Assembly: GCA_032718475.1 (NCBI GenBank)
Contig: JAUCBJ010002660.1
Span: 1 to 64,000 of the forward strand
Direction: 5' to 3'
DNA: 64,000 bases
Origin: Nemertoderma westbladi
Lineage: Eukaryota; Animalia; Xenacoelomorpha
Positions within the stretch are counted from its first letter, which is position 1, and each line of letters starts with the position of its first letter. Under the pieces are notes generated by a model. That model made no database searches. It had not been told where the DNA came from and worked only from the letters and a program-made list of their open reading frames with translations. Positions 1 to 11,469 of this stretch are shown here, piece by piece. The position numbers were made by a program, and so were the translations under genes.

Positions 1-2
1 CT

Positions 3-761
3 GATCGAGGTACAAATTTTATAGCAGCCAGTAAGGAGATCAGTGGAAGCATTGATGACTGGAATAATGTTACTGTAAACAAAATCACAGGGTCTTCAGG
101 GATTGAATGGCAAGACTGGACATTCAACCCACCACACACACCATGGTATGGAGGCGCTTATGAGCGCTTAATTAAGAGCGTCAAAAACTCTCTATACAAA
201 GTTCTACCAGCACACATATATATGACAGATGAAACCCTACGCACTCTGCTAATGGAGATTGAGGCTATAATCAACAGTAGACCTCTCACTAGATTGTCTG
301 CCGACCCTAGTGCTTGTGAAGCTCTCACACCATCTCACTTCCTCTATCTCCGCCCAGCAGCGATGATTCCTATTTCTGAACCTGATTCCCAAGATATTAA
401 TTGCAGTAAAACTTGGAAGGTGATGCAGGTGTTGAGCGATATCTTCTGGGACCATTGGCTAAAGTACTATCTTCCTTCTATTCAAATTCGAACGAAATGG
501 TTATCTCAAAAGAAGAACCTCTGTGTTGGAGATTTGGTACTTCTAGTTGATGAAAGCTTACCTCGACGCTCGTGGGTCACTGGTGTCGTTCAGGAAGTTC
601 ATTGTAGTGTTGATAATCTAGTGCGGTCAGCTACCTTACGACTGAAAGACCGCCGTCTGATTAATAGACCTATACAGAAACTTTGTTTAATCGAATGTGA
701 GCGTGAAAGGTCTGGGGACTACGGTGCCCATTCGCCCAATCCTTCTCTTACCATTGCATGA
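3..761 (+). CDS. BEL/Pao LTR retrotransposon Pol, integrase core end plus C-terminal (DUF5641-like) region; 5' partial, runs in from before the window
   Basis: The frame is open from base 3: DRGTNF...FNPPHTPWYGGAYERLIKSVK...EIEAIINSRPLT...LTPSHFL...FWDHWLKYYL...GDLVLLVDE...RPIQKLCLIE. These are typical BEL/Pao integrase motifs. Confidence 0.93.
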   Translation, partial: DRGTNFIAASKEISGSIDDWNNVTVNKITGSSGIEWQDWTFNPPHTPWYGGAYERLIKSVKNSLYKVLPAHIYMTDETLRTLLMEIEAIINSRPLTRLSADPSACEALTPSHFLYLRPAAMIPISEPDSQDINCSKTWKVMQVLSDIFWDHWLKYYLPSIQIRTKWLSQKKNLCVGDLVLLVDESLPRRSWVTGVVQEVHCSVDNLVRSATLRLKDRRLINRPIQKLCLIECERERSGDYGAHSPNPSLTIA

Positions 762-3222
762 TTTAAAGTCGAGCTGATATTTTATTTGTACATGATATCA
801 GAAAATTTGTAGAAACACTTTGTGTGATTAGAACTTAGGTACTTATCTTACTTAGTTAGTTATATATATACAGTATGATATGGATTTGGATATGTACCAG
901 TACTTATTAACCTGCAGAAAGGAATGGCACATTTGTTGTTCAACCTTGTGGGATTATTAGCTCCTGATCATCCAAGTACTAATCCGCCTAAAAATTGTAT
1001 ATATGGAAAGGTTGTGTGTATGTTTGTTATCGTTAACCATGTATATATGCCCTTTGTCACAGTAGTTAAGGTTCAACACATGGATTCTGGCTAATTGATT
1101 TTGGGTCAATGAAATAGTTTGGTTTGACTACTGACTAACTGACTTACTGATTTTACCGACACCGACAAGATTCCAATTGCTGACCCATGTAGCTGAGATA
1201 TTCATATACATTAATATATATGTATAATTTCCTCATTATTTCGATATGCCCTATATTAAAATTTTTAGAATTCAAAAAATTGCTTCCGTTGGCTCCTTTC
1301 CCCTCCTCTCCTCTTGCCCAATTCTTGATTCTGCTGCTATGTTCGGACACGAACTTCGGAACATCTAACCTGTTTATGGCTTTTTGACAAAAGGAAGAGC
1401 CATCATGCAAATTTTCGGGTACCATTATATCTGAGCCTGGATAATTATGACGCCACATATGGGTCAATACCAATATATTGTTTTCTGGGTTGAGTCCTTA
1501 ATATGTGGAAATTAGCTTCACTATGGATCTATGTCGAACTGTAGAACCCGAGAGAATTAACTCGCGGAAACAATCATTGATGAACCAAGATTATGTATTT
1601 ACACGCCCATTTGATCTATTTGCTGCCGGGTTGTTAATTTGTCACATTGATAATCAACTTCGATGATCGACTACTCGCCTCTATGTCTATATCTCAGTCG
1701 CCATAGGGAATTCTCTCACCTTTCTCGTGTACCGGTACCAGTTTAGAGACCCCGCAGACCCTCACGCCGGCCCTGTTGGTTACATCAATGAACTGCCCTT
1801 CTGACTAGGAGGTCGTTCATAAATTGGAATATCTGCTCTTTGAAAGAACACGACAGATTCAACTCTTTCATTTCCTTGATCAGTTTGCGTCATCTTGGGT
1901 CGCAGTTGATGATTTTTGGGATGTTAATGAAGTTCTATATACTCGGCAGAGTAACTTATCGTTCAATGTCAATGTGGAGACCTCAGTGATTCTTTGGGTG
2001 AAGCGTTCAGATGAAGCTGAACCAAAGTCCCTGATCCTGATCTATCTTCTTTCAGTAATCTCGTATTTTCTTGTTATTAGTCGAGAATTACATTGTTATT
2101 ACGTTTTGAAAATGCGTAACAAGTACTTGTGGATTTCATAAATTTATGTAACTTTTATTGATAGTTATATTTTGTGTATCTCTTTGAATCAAAAAATTTA
2201 CGTTCTTTATTTTTATAATCTGAAGTGGACCCAAATATAGCAACCTTCTTGTGCTGTTTGTAATATTGGTAATTAATGGTTAATTTTTGTGTTTTATATG
2301 TGCCACTTGACCATGTGTGTTGTATATATGTTAAACAATTCTATTTTTCTTTTATCGTCCCGACATATGTGCTAGATATGATTTGTTACAACGGCCAGCC
2401 TGTATTTTTGTTATGTATTTATTGCTCTTTTTGGTCGCAATAAATAGGAGCGGTATGAAAATATCTGCCTATCCGTCCACTTTCTACTGTATCTTAGGTG
2501 ACAAATGTCCGATACCGGTATTGCAGTGTAAGGCTTGGCCTTCGTTAAAGCACTATCTGACTTTGTTTGTTCAGTACAGCAATACTGTGGTAGGTAGTAC
2601 ACTACCGGTGTTTCAGTATTTTGTAATATTGTTGTTATTGATGTCGGGAGGAACTAGTCCTTTGTTAACGTGTTCACGGGTAAATTGCAGTGCAAGGCTT
2701 GGCCTTCGTTAAAGCACTCTGTAAATTGCAGTCTATCGTTGATAATCTGATAATAACTGACTGACTGAATAGTGAATAAAGCCTAGCTTATCATTGATCT
2801 TTGGTTTGTTATTTACGTTTTTCCCCTTCCGCCAATTAGCCAATAACGTGACGACGTTGGCGGAGTGTTTATTGAAGTGCTCGGTTACCTGGTTACAGTC
2901 TCGGTTTTGAGGTGCATTTTTGCTCTGTCCCCGTTCTCTCTACGAGTTAGCGGAAGCCAGACACCTTTTTCTGTTGTTTATTTGTATCCTCAGCTCTTGT
3001 GTCTGAACAGTTACCGACCATACTTTCGGAATTAGTAGATACAGACATTTTTTCTTCAGGCAGTCAGGTAAGAGGTAAGTTCCAAATCAGACAGCCAGAA
3101 CCCGTGAGTTTAACGGAACCTTCCATTTTGGGTTAGCCAAATCCCGATTTAAAGGGAGAGTCTTTCGTCTCTCCCCCGAGTTTGTGTTTCCTGCGGATCA
3201 AACCCAGGTGGCCATTCTTATA

Positions 3223-5655
3223 CGACGAGACAGTGCCAGTGACTTGAGAAAGTGTGAGACAATTGGGGTTACTATTCCCAATTTGTACACAGTGTTACAA
3301 CTCAGAAAACGCAGGGCTTCCAGAGTTATTTAACTATATTCGAATATATTACGTCGTAGTGTGTTTTTAGGCTATAAGCGGCGTTTTTTCATGTTACTAC
3401 CTACAGAACCAGTTAAAAGGTTATAACTTTCGAGGAGACAGTGCCAGTGACTTGAGAAAGTGTGAGACAATTGGGGTTACTATTCCCAATTTGTACACAG
3501 TGTTACAACTCAGAAAACACAGGGCTTCCAGAGTTATTTAACTATATTCGAATATATTACGTCGTAGTGTGTTTTTAGGCTATAAGCGGCGTTTTTTCAT
3601 GTTACTTCCTACAGAACCAGTTAAAAGGTTATAACTTTCGACGAGACAGTGCCAGTGACTTGAGAAAGTGTGAGACAATTGGGGTTACTATTACCAATTT
3701 GTACACAGTGTTACAACTCAGAAAACACAGGGCTTCCAGAGTTATTTAACTATATTCGAATATAATACGTCGTAGTGTGTTTTTAGGCTATAAGCGGCGT
3801 TTTTTCATGTTACTTCCTGCAGAACCAGTTAAAAGGTTATAACTTTCGACGAGACAGTGCCAGTGACTTGAGAAAGTGTGAGACAATTGGGGTTACTATT
3901 CCCAATTTGTACACAGTGTTACAACTCAGAAAACACAGGGCTTCCAGAGTTATTTAACTATATTCGAATATATTACGTCGTAGTGTGTTTTTAGGCTATA
4001 AGCGGCGTTTTTTCATGTTACTTCCTACAGAACCAGTTAAAAGGTTATAACTTTCGACGAGACAGTGCCAGTGACTTGAGAAAGTGAGAGACAATTGGGG
4101 TTACTATTCCCAATTTGTACACAGTGTTACAACTCAGAAAACGCAGGGCTTCCAGAGTTATTTAACTATATTCGAATATATTACGTCGTAGTGTGTTTTT
4201 AGGCTATAAGCGGCGTTTTTTCATGTTACTACCTACAGAACCAGTTAAAAGGTTATAACTTTCGACGAGACAGTGCCAGTGACTTGAGAAAGTGTGAGAC
4301 AATTGGGGTTACTATTCCCAATTTGTACACAGTGTTACAACTCAGAAAACGCAGGGCTTCCAGAGTTATTTAACTATATTCGAATATAATACGTCGTAGT
4401 GTGTTTTTAGGCTATAAGCGGCGTTTTTTCATGTTACTTCCTGCAGAACCAGTTAAAAGGTTATAACTTTCGACGAGACAGTGCCAGTGACTTGAGAAAG
4501 TGTGAGACAATTGGGGTTACTATTCCCAATTTGTACACAGTGTTACAACTCAGAAAACGCAGGGCTTCCAGAGTTATTTAACTATATTCGAATATATTAC
4601 GTCGTAGTGTGTTTTTAGGCTATAAGCGGCGTTTTTTCATGTTACTACCTACAGAACCAGTTAAAAGGTTATAACTTTCGACGAGACAGTGCCATTGACT
4701 TGAGAAAGTGTGAGACAATTGGGGTTACTATTCCCAATTTGTACACAGTGTTACAACTCAGAAAACGCAGGGCTTCCAGAGTTATTTAACTATATTCGAA
4801 TATATTACGTCGTAGTGTGTTTTTAGGCTATAAGCGGCGTTTTTTCATGTTACTACCTACAGAACCAGTTAAAAGGTTATAACTTTCGAGGAGACAGTGC
4901 CAGTGACTTGAGAAAGTGTGAGACAATTGGGGTTACTATTCCCAATTTGTACACAGTGTTACAACTCAGAAAACACAGGGCTTCCAGAGTTATTTAACTA
5001 TATTCGAATATAATACGTCGTAGTGTGTTTTTAGGCTATAAGCGGCGTTTTTTCATGTTACTTCCTACAGAACCAGTTAAAAGGTTATAACTTTCGACGA
5101 GACAGTGCCAGTGACTTGAGAAAGTGTGAGACAATTGGGGTTACTATTCCCAATTTGTACACAGTGTTACAACTCAGAAAACGCAGGGCTTCCAGAGTTA
5201 TTTAACTATATTCGAATATATTACGTCGTAGTGTGTTTTTAGGCTATAAGCGGCGTTTTTTCATGTTACTACCTACAGAACCAGTTAAAAGGTTATAACT
5301 TTCGAGGAGACAGTGCCAGTGACTTGAGAAAGTGTGAGACAATTGGGGTTACTATTCCCAATTTGTACACAGTGTTACAACTCAGAAAACACAGGGCTTC
5401 CAGAGTTATTTAACTATATTCGAATATATTACGTCGTAGTGTGTTTTTAGGCTATAAGCGGCGTTTTTTCATGTTACTTCCTACAGAACCAGTTAAAAGG
5501 TTATAACTTTCGACGAGACAGTGCCAGTGACTTGAGAAAGTGTGAGACAATTGGGGTTACTATTACCAATTTGTACACAGTGTTACAACTCAGAAAACAC
5601 AGGGCTTCCAGAGTTATTTAACTATATTCGAATATAATACGTCGTAGTGTGTTTT
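3223..5655. repeat. Tandem array of a 208-bp unit, about 11.7 near-identical copies
   Basis: The motif cagtgccagtgacttgag recurs at 3231, 3439, 3647 and onward (spacing 208), with few variant sites. Confidence 0.96.
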
Positions 5656-6356
5656 ATAGTGTATATGTTATATATATATATATTTTTTTTTTTATTATAT
5701 ATATAGACATAAGTGTTCTAGAACATCAATGGTGTTGGTATGGTATGTGATATAGTTAAGTTTGAACACATTATAAAGAAATCATGGCCTGGTCAACTAA
5801 AGTACAAAAGAATAGTTTTATCATAACTGTTAGAATAACAGCGAAATCCTATCAAATAAAATACATTTAATGTTTAAAGGTAAAGGGAATATTACTAAAA
5901 TGGTATTAGTCAGCCCTCTCTTTTAGATCAAATTTCATATCTCTAAAAAAATAGCAGGAAATTCTTTAATACACAATTCTAGAGATATGGAGATTAAATA
6001 ATGAGGTTATTACAACTGGGTGTGTTGGGCAAATTGAGGAAATGCAAGTTCTCATTGGGTTTTACTGACAGGTGAGATGAGACTCTCAGCTTAATAATGT
6101 AATACTTTAACTTATTAATTAACGTGTTTCCAGCGTAATTAATTACATTTAAATCTAACATAAATTACATAAGATAGCTTATGTCAAACCTCAAACGTGA
6201 ACAATTAATTGAAACCCCAAACAAAAAGGCAATAGAAAAATCTACAAATTGGGAATCAAATTTAGTATAATATACAAAAAATTAATTATACACTACCTTA
6301 TACATAAAGGTACCTCTGTAACGATATTTAATCATAGTAAATTCACCAGTAAACAG

Positions 6357-7722
6357 TAGTGTTGAGAACTGAATCAATTTTAACTAATTTCAGTTACAGT
6401 TACAGTTTCAGTATTCAAAGTTTTGCATTTCAGTTACAGTTACAGTTTCAGTATTACAAAGTGTAACATTTCAGTTACAGTTACAGTTTCAGTATTACAA
6501 AGTGTAACGTTTCAGTTACAGTTACAGTTTCAGTATTACAAAATTGAGCATTTCAGTTTCAGTTTCAGTTTTGATCGCGATAAAATTTCTGTTACAGTTT
6601 CAGTTATAGTTTCAATATATTATCCCACATAGTAAGCAGTCATTGAAATAATTTCAGTCTCATTGGGGCGGGGTACAGTGCAGTCATTCACCCAATGAGC
6701 AAGGATGTCATTACGTTACGTTACGGTATCTTTTCAGAAATAGCGTAGCTCAATATTTTTCCGTAACGTAAACCGTAACGTAATAGCTTTTTCAATACCG
6801 TAACGTAATATTACTGTATATTTTTACCGTAAACCGTAACGTAATAGCGTAATATTTTTTTTCGCTACTTTTTTTTATTGTTTTGGTTATAAAGGGCATG
6901 CTTCTGAAACCTGCTCATCATTTTCCGTAATTTATAATTTGTTGTAGTAAGCATATATTTGTAGTTTTGATTAGACTCACCTCGTTAAGCTACTCCTTTC
7001 ACTTTTTAAGTTTAATTGTAATTTTGTAATTTATAATGGTAAACTTGATAAAAATTTAATTTCCAGTGTACCTCTAGTGTGATATCCCCTGTGATATTAA
7101 TATTACCAGTAACATTAATAATTTATAATGTAAATTATATATCCGTTATATCCCTCTACCGACCATTACCATTAACTATATTTTTGTTTATCTAATTACA
7201 TTTAATATGCGATATTTAGGAAGCAAAGAGTGCTGATAAGGCTGATATGTAGTCTAATAGTTGAGATAGATAAACCTCTGACTAATTATAAATACAGTAT
7301 ATGCTAGGCTAGATCTTCGTTCATTACTCGATAAATCACAGTTGAGATAAGTGTGCAATGGGTCTTTGGGCCACTTGACAACTATCAAGGTTCAAAACGA
7401 TAATAATAAATAAAAATACAAAAATGTTTTAAAAATGATACCCATATCGACCACTGTTATTAATTTATTAAACTATTACAATACTGTTTCAAGTGCTCAT
7501 TCATGTTAGTTGTGTGGTTGAGAACTGAATCGATTTTTAGTAATTTCAGTTTCAGTTACAGTTACAGTATTCAAATTTCCTAATTACAGTTTCAGTTACA
7601 GTTACAGTATTCAAAATTCGTAATTACAGTTACAGTTATAGTTACAGTATCAAAAAAAACATCAAAACCATTCAGTTACAGTTGCAGTTACAGTATAATT
7701 ACAGTTACAGTTCTCAACACTA
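6357..7722. mobile_element. Non-autonomous hAT-type DNA transposon (MITE)
   Basis: 15-bp TIRs TAGTGTTGAGAACTG / CAGTTCTCAACACTA; 8-bp TSD GTAAACAG at 6349-6356 and 7723-7730; subterminal (CAGTTA/CAGTTT)n repeats at both ends; no transposase ORF. Confidence 0.88.
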
Positions 7723-8025
7723 GTAAACAGTTTAGTGAGGAATGTAGTACTTAACTACTTATCTACATAGTTAGAAGTCAATATTTGTGTTGATCCACTT
7801 ACGGGAAAATTGTGCAGCGCGAGGGAAGGTAAATAAAAATAATTTATTTTTAAATCAATTAGATAAATAAATAATTAAACTCTATATATTAATAATAAAT
7901 TGTCAATAATTACATTTAGGGGGCAAAGTAATTAATGTTATATTGAGTACAGATTGCAAAATGGGGTGGGGGGGGGGGGGGGTGATACAAAACAATGACA
8001 TCGAATAGTGATAAATAAACAAATA

Positions 8026-10370
8026 GATGCACCCGGGTGTCTCAGGGTGTTGCACTGCGACCCACCCACTGGGTGCACCCCGGGTGTCTCAAGGTGTTGC
8101 ACTGTGACCCACCCACTGGGTGCACCCCGGGTGTCTCAGGGTGTTGCACTGTGACCCACCCACTGGGTGCACCCCGGATGTCTCAGGGTGTTGCACTGTG
8201 ACCCACCCACTGGGTGCACCCCGGGTGTCTCAGTGTGTTGCACTGCGACCCACGCACTGGGTGCACCCCGGGTGTCTCAGGGTGTTGCACTGTGACCCAC
8301 GCACTGGGTGCACCCCGGGTGTCTCAGGGTGTTGCACTGTGACCCACCCACTGGGTGCACCCCGGGTGTCTCAGGGTGTTGCACTGCGACCCACGCACTG
8401 GGTGCACCCCGGGTGTCTCAGGGTGTTGCACTGTGATCCACCCACTGGGTGCACCACGGGTGTCTCAGGGTGTTGCACTGCGACCCACGCACTGGGTGCA
8501 CCCCGGGTGTCTCAGGGTGTTGCACTGTGACCCACCCACTAGATGCACCCCGGGTGTTTCAGGGTGTTGCACTGTGACCCACGCACTGGGTGCACCCCGG
8601 GTGTCTCAGGATGTTGCACTGTGACCCACGCACTGGGTGCACCCCGGGTGTCTCAGGGAGTTGCACTGTGACCCACGCACTGGGTGCACCCCGTATGTCT
8701 CAGGGTGTTGCACTGCGACCCACGCACTGGGTGCACCCCGGGTGTCTCAGGGTGTTGCACTGTGACCCACGCACTGGGTGCACCCCGGGTGTCTCAGGGT
8801 GTTGCACTGTGACCCACGCACTGGGTGCACCCCGGGTGTCTCAGGGTGTTGCACTGTGACCCACGCACTGGGTGCACCCCGGGTGTCTCAGGGTGTTGCA
8901 CTGTGACCCACGCACTGGGTGCACCACGGGTGTCTCAGGGTGTTGCACTGCGACCCACGCACTGGGTGCACCCCGGGTGTCTCAGGGTGTTGCACTGTGA
9001 CCCACCCACTAGATGCACCCCGGGTGTCTCAGGGTGTTGCACTGTGACCCACGCACTGGTTGCACCCCGGGTGTCTCAGGATGTTGCACTGTGACCCACG
9101 CACTGGGTGCACCCCGGGTGTCTCAGGGTGTTGCACTGTGACCCACGCACTGGGTGCACCCCGGGTGTCTCAGGGTGTTGCACTGCGACCCACGCACTGG
9201 GTGCACCCCGGGTGTCTCAGGGTGTTGCACTGTGACCCACGCACTGGGTGCACCCCGGGTGTCTCAGGGTGTTGCACTGTGACCCACCCACTGGGTGCAC
9301 CCCGGGTGTGTCAGGGTGTTGCACTGCGACCCACGCACTGGGTGCACCCCGGGTGTCTCAGGGTGTTGCACTGTGACCCACCCACTGGGTGCACCACGGG
9401 TGTCTCAGGGTGTTGCACTGCGACCCACGCACTGGGTGCACCCCGGGTGTCTCAGGGTGTTGCACTGTGACCCACCCACTAGATGCACCCCGGGTGTCTC
9501 AGGGTGTTGCACTGTGACCCACGCACTGGGTGCACCCCGGGTGTCTCAGGATGTTGCACTGTGACCCACGCACTGGGTGCACCCCGGGTGTCTCAGGATG
9601 TTGCACTGTGACCCACGCACTGGGTGCACCCCGGGTGTCTCAGGGTGTTGCACTGTGACCCACGCACTGGGTGCACCCCGGGTGTCTCAGGGTGTTGCAC
9701 TGCGACCCACGCACTGGGTGCACCCCGGGTGTCTCAGGGTGTTGCACTGCGACCCACGCACTGGGTGCACCCCGGGTGTTGCACTGTGACCCACCCACTA
9801 GATGCACCCCGGGTGTCTCAGGGTGTTGCACTGTGACCCACGCACTGGTTGCACCCCGGGTGTCTCAGGATGTTGCACTGTGACCCACGCACTGGGTGCA
9901 CCCCGGGTGTCTCAGGGTGTTGCACTGCGACCCACGCACTGGGTGCACCCCGGGTGTCTCAGGGTGTTGCACTGTGACCCACGCACTGGGTGCACCCCGG
10001 GTGTCTCAGGGTGTTGCACTGTGACCCACGCACTGGGTGCACCCCGGGTGTCTCAGGGTGTTGCACTGTGACCCACGCACTGGGTGCACCCCGGGTGTCT
10101 CAGGGTGTTGCACTGCGACCCACGCACTGGGTGCGCCCCGGGTGTCTCAGGGTGTTGCACTGCGACCCACGCACTGGGTGCGCCCCGGGTGTCTCAGGGT
10201 GTTGCACTGTGACCCACGCACTGGGTGCACCCCGGGTGTCTCAGGGTGTTGCACTGTGACCCACGCACTGGGTGCACCCCGGGTGTCTCAGGGTGTTGCA
10301 CTGTGACCCACGCACTGGGTGCACCCCGGGTGTCTCAGGGTGTTGCACTGTGACCCACGCACTGGGTGCA
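8026..10370. repeat. GC-rich 47-bp minisatellite, about 50 copies
   Basis: Unit gggtgcaccccgggtgtctcagggtgttgcactgtgacccacgcact; repeat-derived ORF starts are spaced in multiples of 47 over most of the array. Confidence 0.97.
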
Positions 10371-11469
10371 CAACAAACACAATCAAATAACTATATTAAT
10401 ACCATGTGAAAGAATAATAAATGTTCTAAAAACTAAAATAATAGTTACTGAACAATTAAATTACAGTGAATAATGTTGTTCCAAAAAGTGATGGAATAAA
10501 GACCTGAATCCAGACTGGATCTAATTCTACGACGACCAACGGGGTTAGGGGTCGATGCGTTCTCTAAGTTCTATTGGTGGTGGACCTCAATAAAGTACAA
10601 GATTGTGCAAAACTCGGTCGAAAGATAATTAATCATGTTTTAAGGAGGTTAGAAGAAAGTCAGCATACTGATGTTTGTAATTATATTAATTAATTAATTA
10701 ATGTCACATTATAACTCAAGTTGATATAATTTAAATCTGAATATTAATTTTAATTATTTTAATTGCAATAATTAATTAATTGAACGGGACAATTATTGTA
10801 GATTTTCCAAAACAACATATTCAATGAATTATGTTTATATATAACGTTATATAACGTTAACCGCGGGGCCAATTAGACAGACAATATTAATTATTAATTA
10901 ATTGACCTTTGGCGCCCTCTGCCTAACTATTTACATTCTTGTGTGTAAATTATATAGCACTTAGAGCGTGCTGATTTTATTACACAAACGAACGTATTGA
11001 GTGATGTAAAATAAATATAAGAGGATAAAATAACACTGCAAAGTACTTTATGCAACAAGTATGTAAACATTACGATAGGATTACCGATCCGCATATTAAT
11101 AACAGTACCGGTAATGTGTATTGATTAGATTATTTTTGTTGGAATTTCTCAAATTGTACTAAAAGGCATTAATTAATATCGCATTAAATGGACCTAATAT
11201 TTTTGTGGAGTAGCCTGCACCGGTACGGTCTGCTAGTTGCGGTTTCCCTACCAATGTTCATGTATATGCTGCGAAACACCTCGCTGTTAATAAACTAACG
11301 ATAACGACCTTAAGAAATATATAATTTTTGTAATAAAATATATTATTATATTAGATTAGTGTTGTGTATCTGTGGAGAACGGATTATTATTAATTTAATT
11401 AATTGTAGTGTACTTATTCAAGTGATTCCGATAACTCATTGATACTGCATCATAAGGATAGGATCGGCA

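Noticed and set aside
3223-5655. CRISPR-like array (also considered for the 40, 47 and 76 bp arrays)
   Set aside because: Units are repeated end to end with no unique spacers, there are no cas genes, and the context is eukaryotic.
8120-10306. Multiple Cys/His-rich ORFs
   Set aside because: They are products of the 47-bp minisatellite, whose unit is not a multiple of 3.
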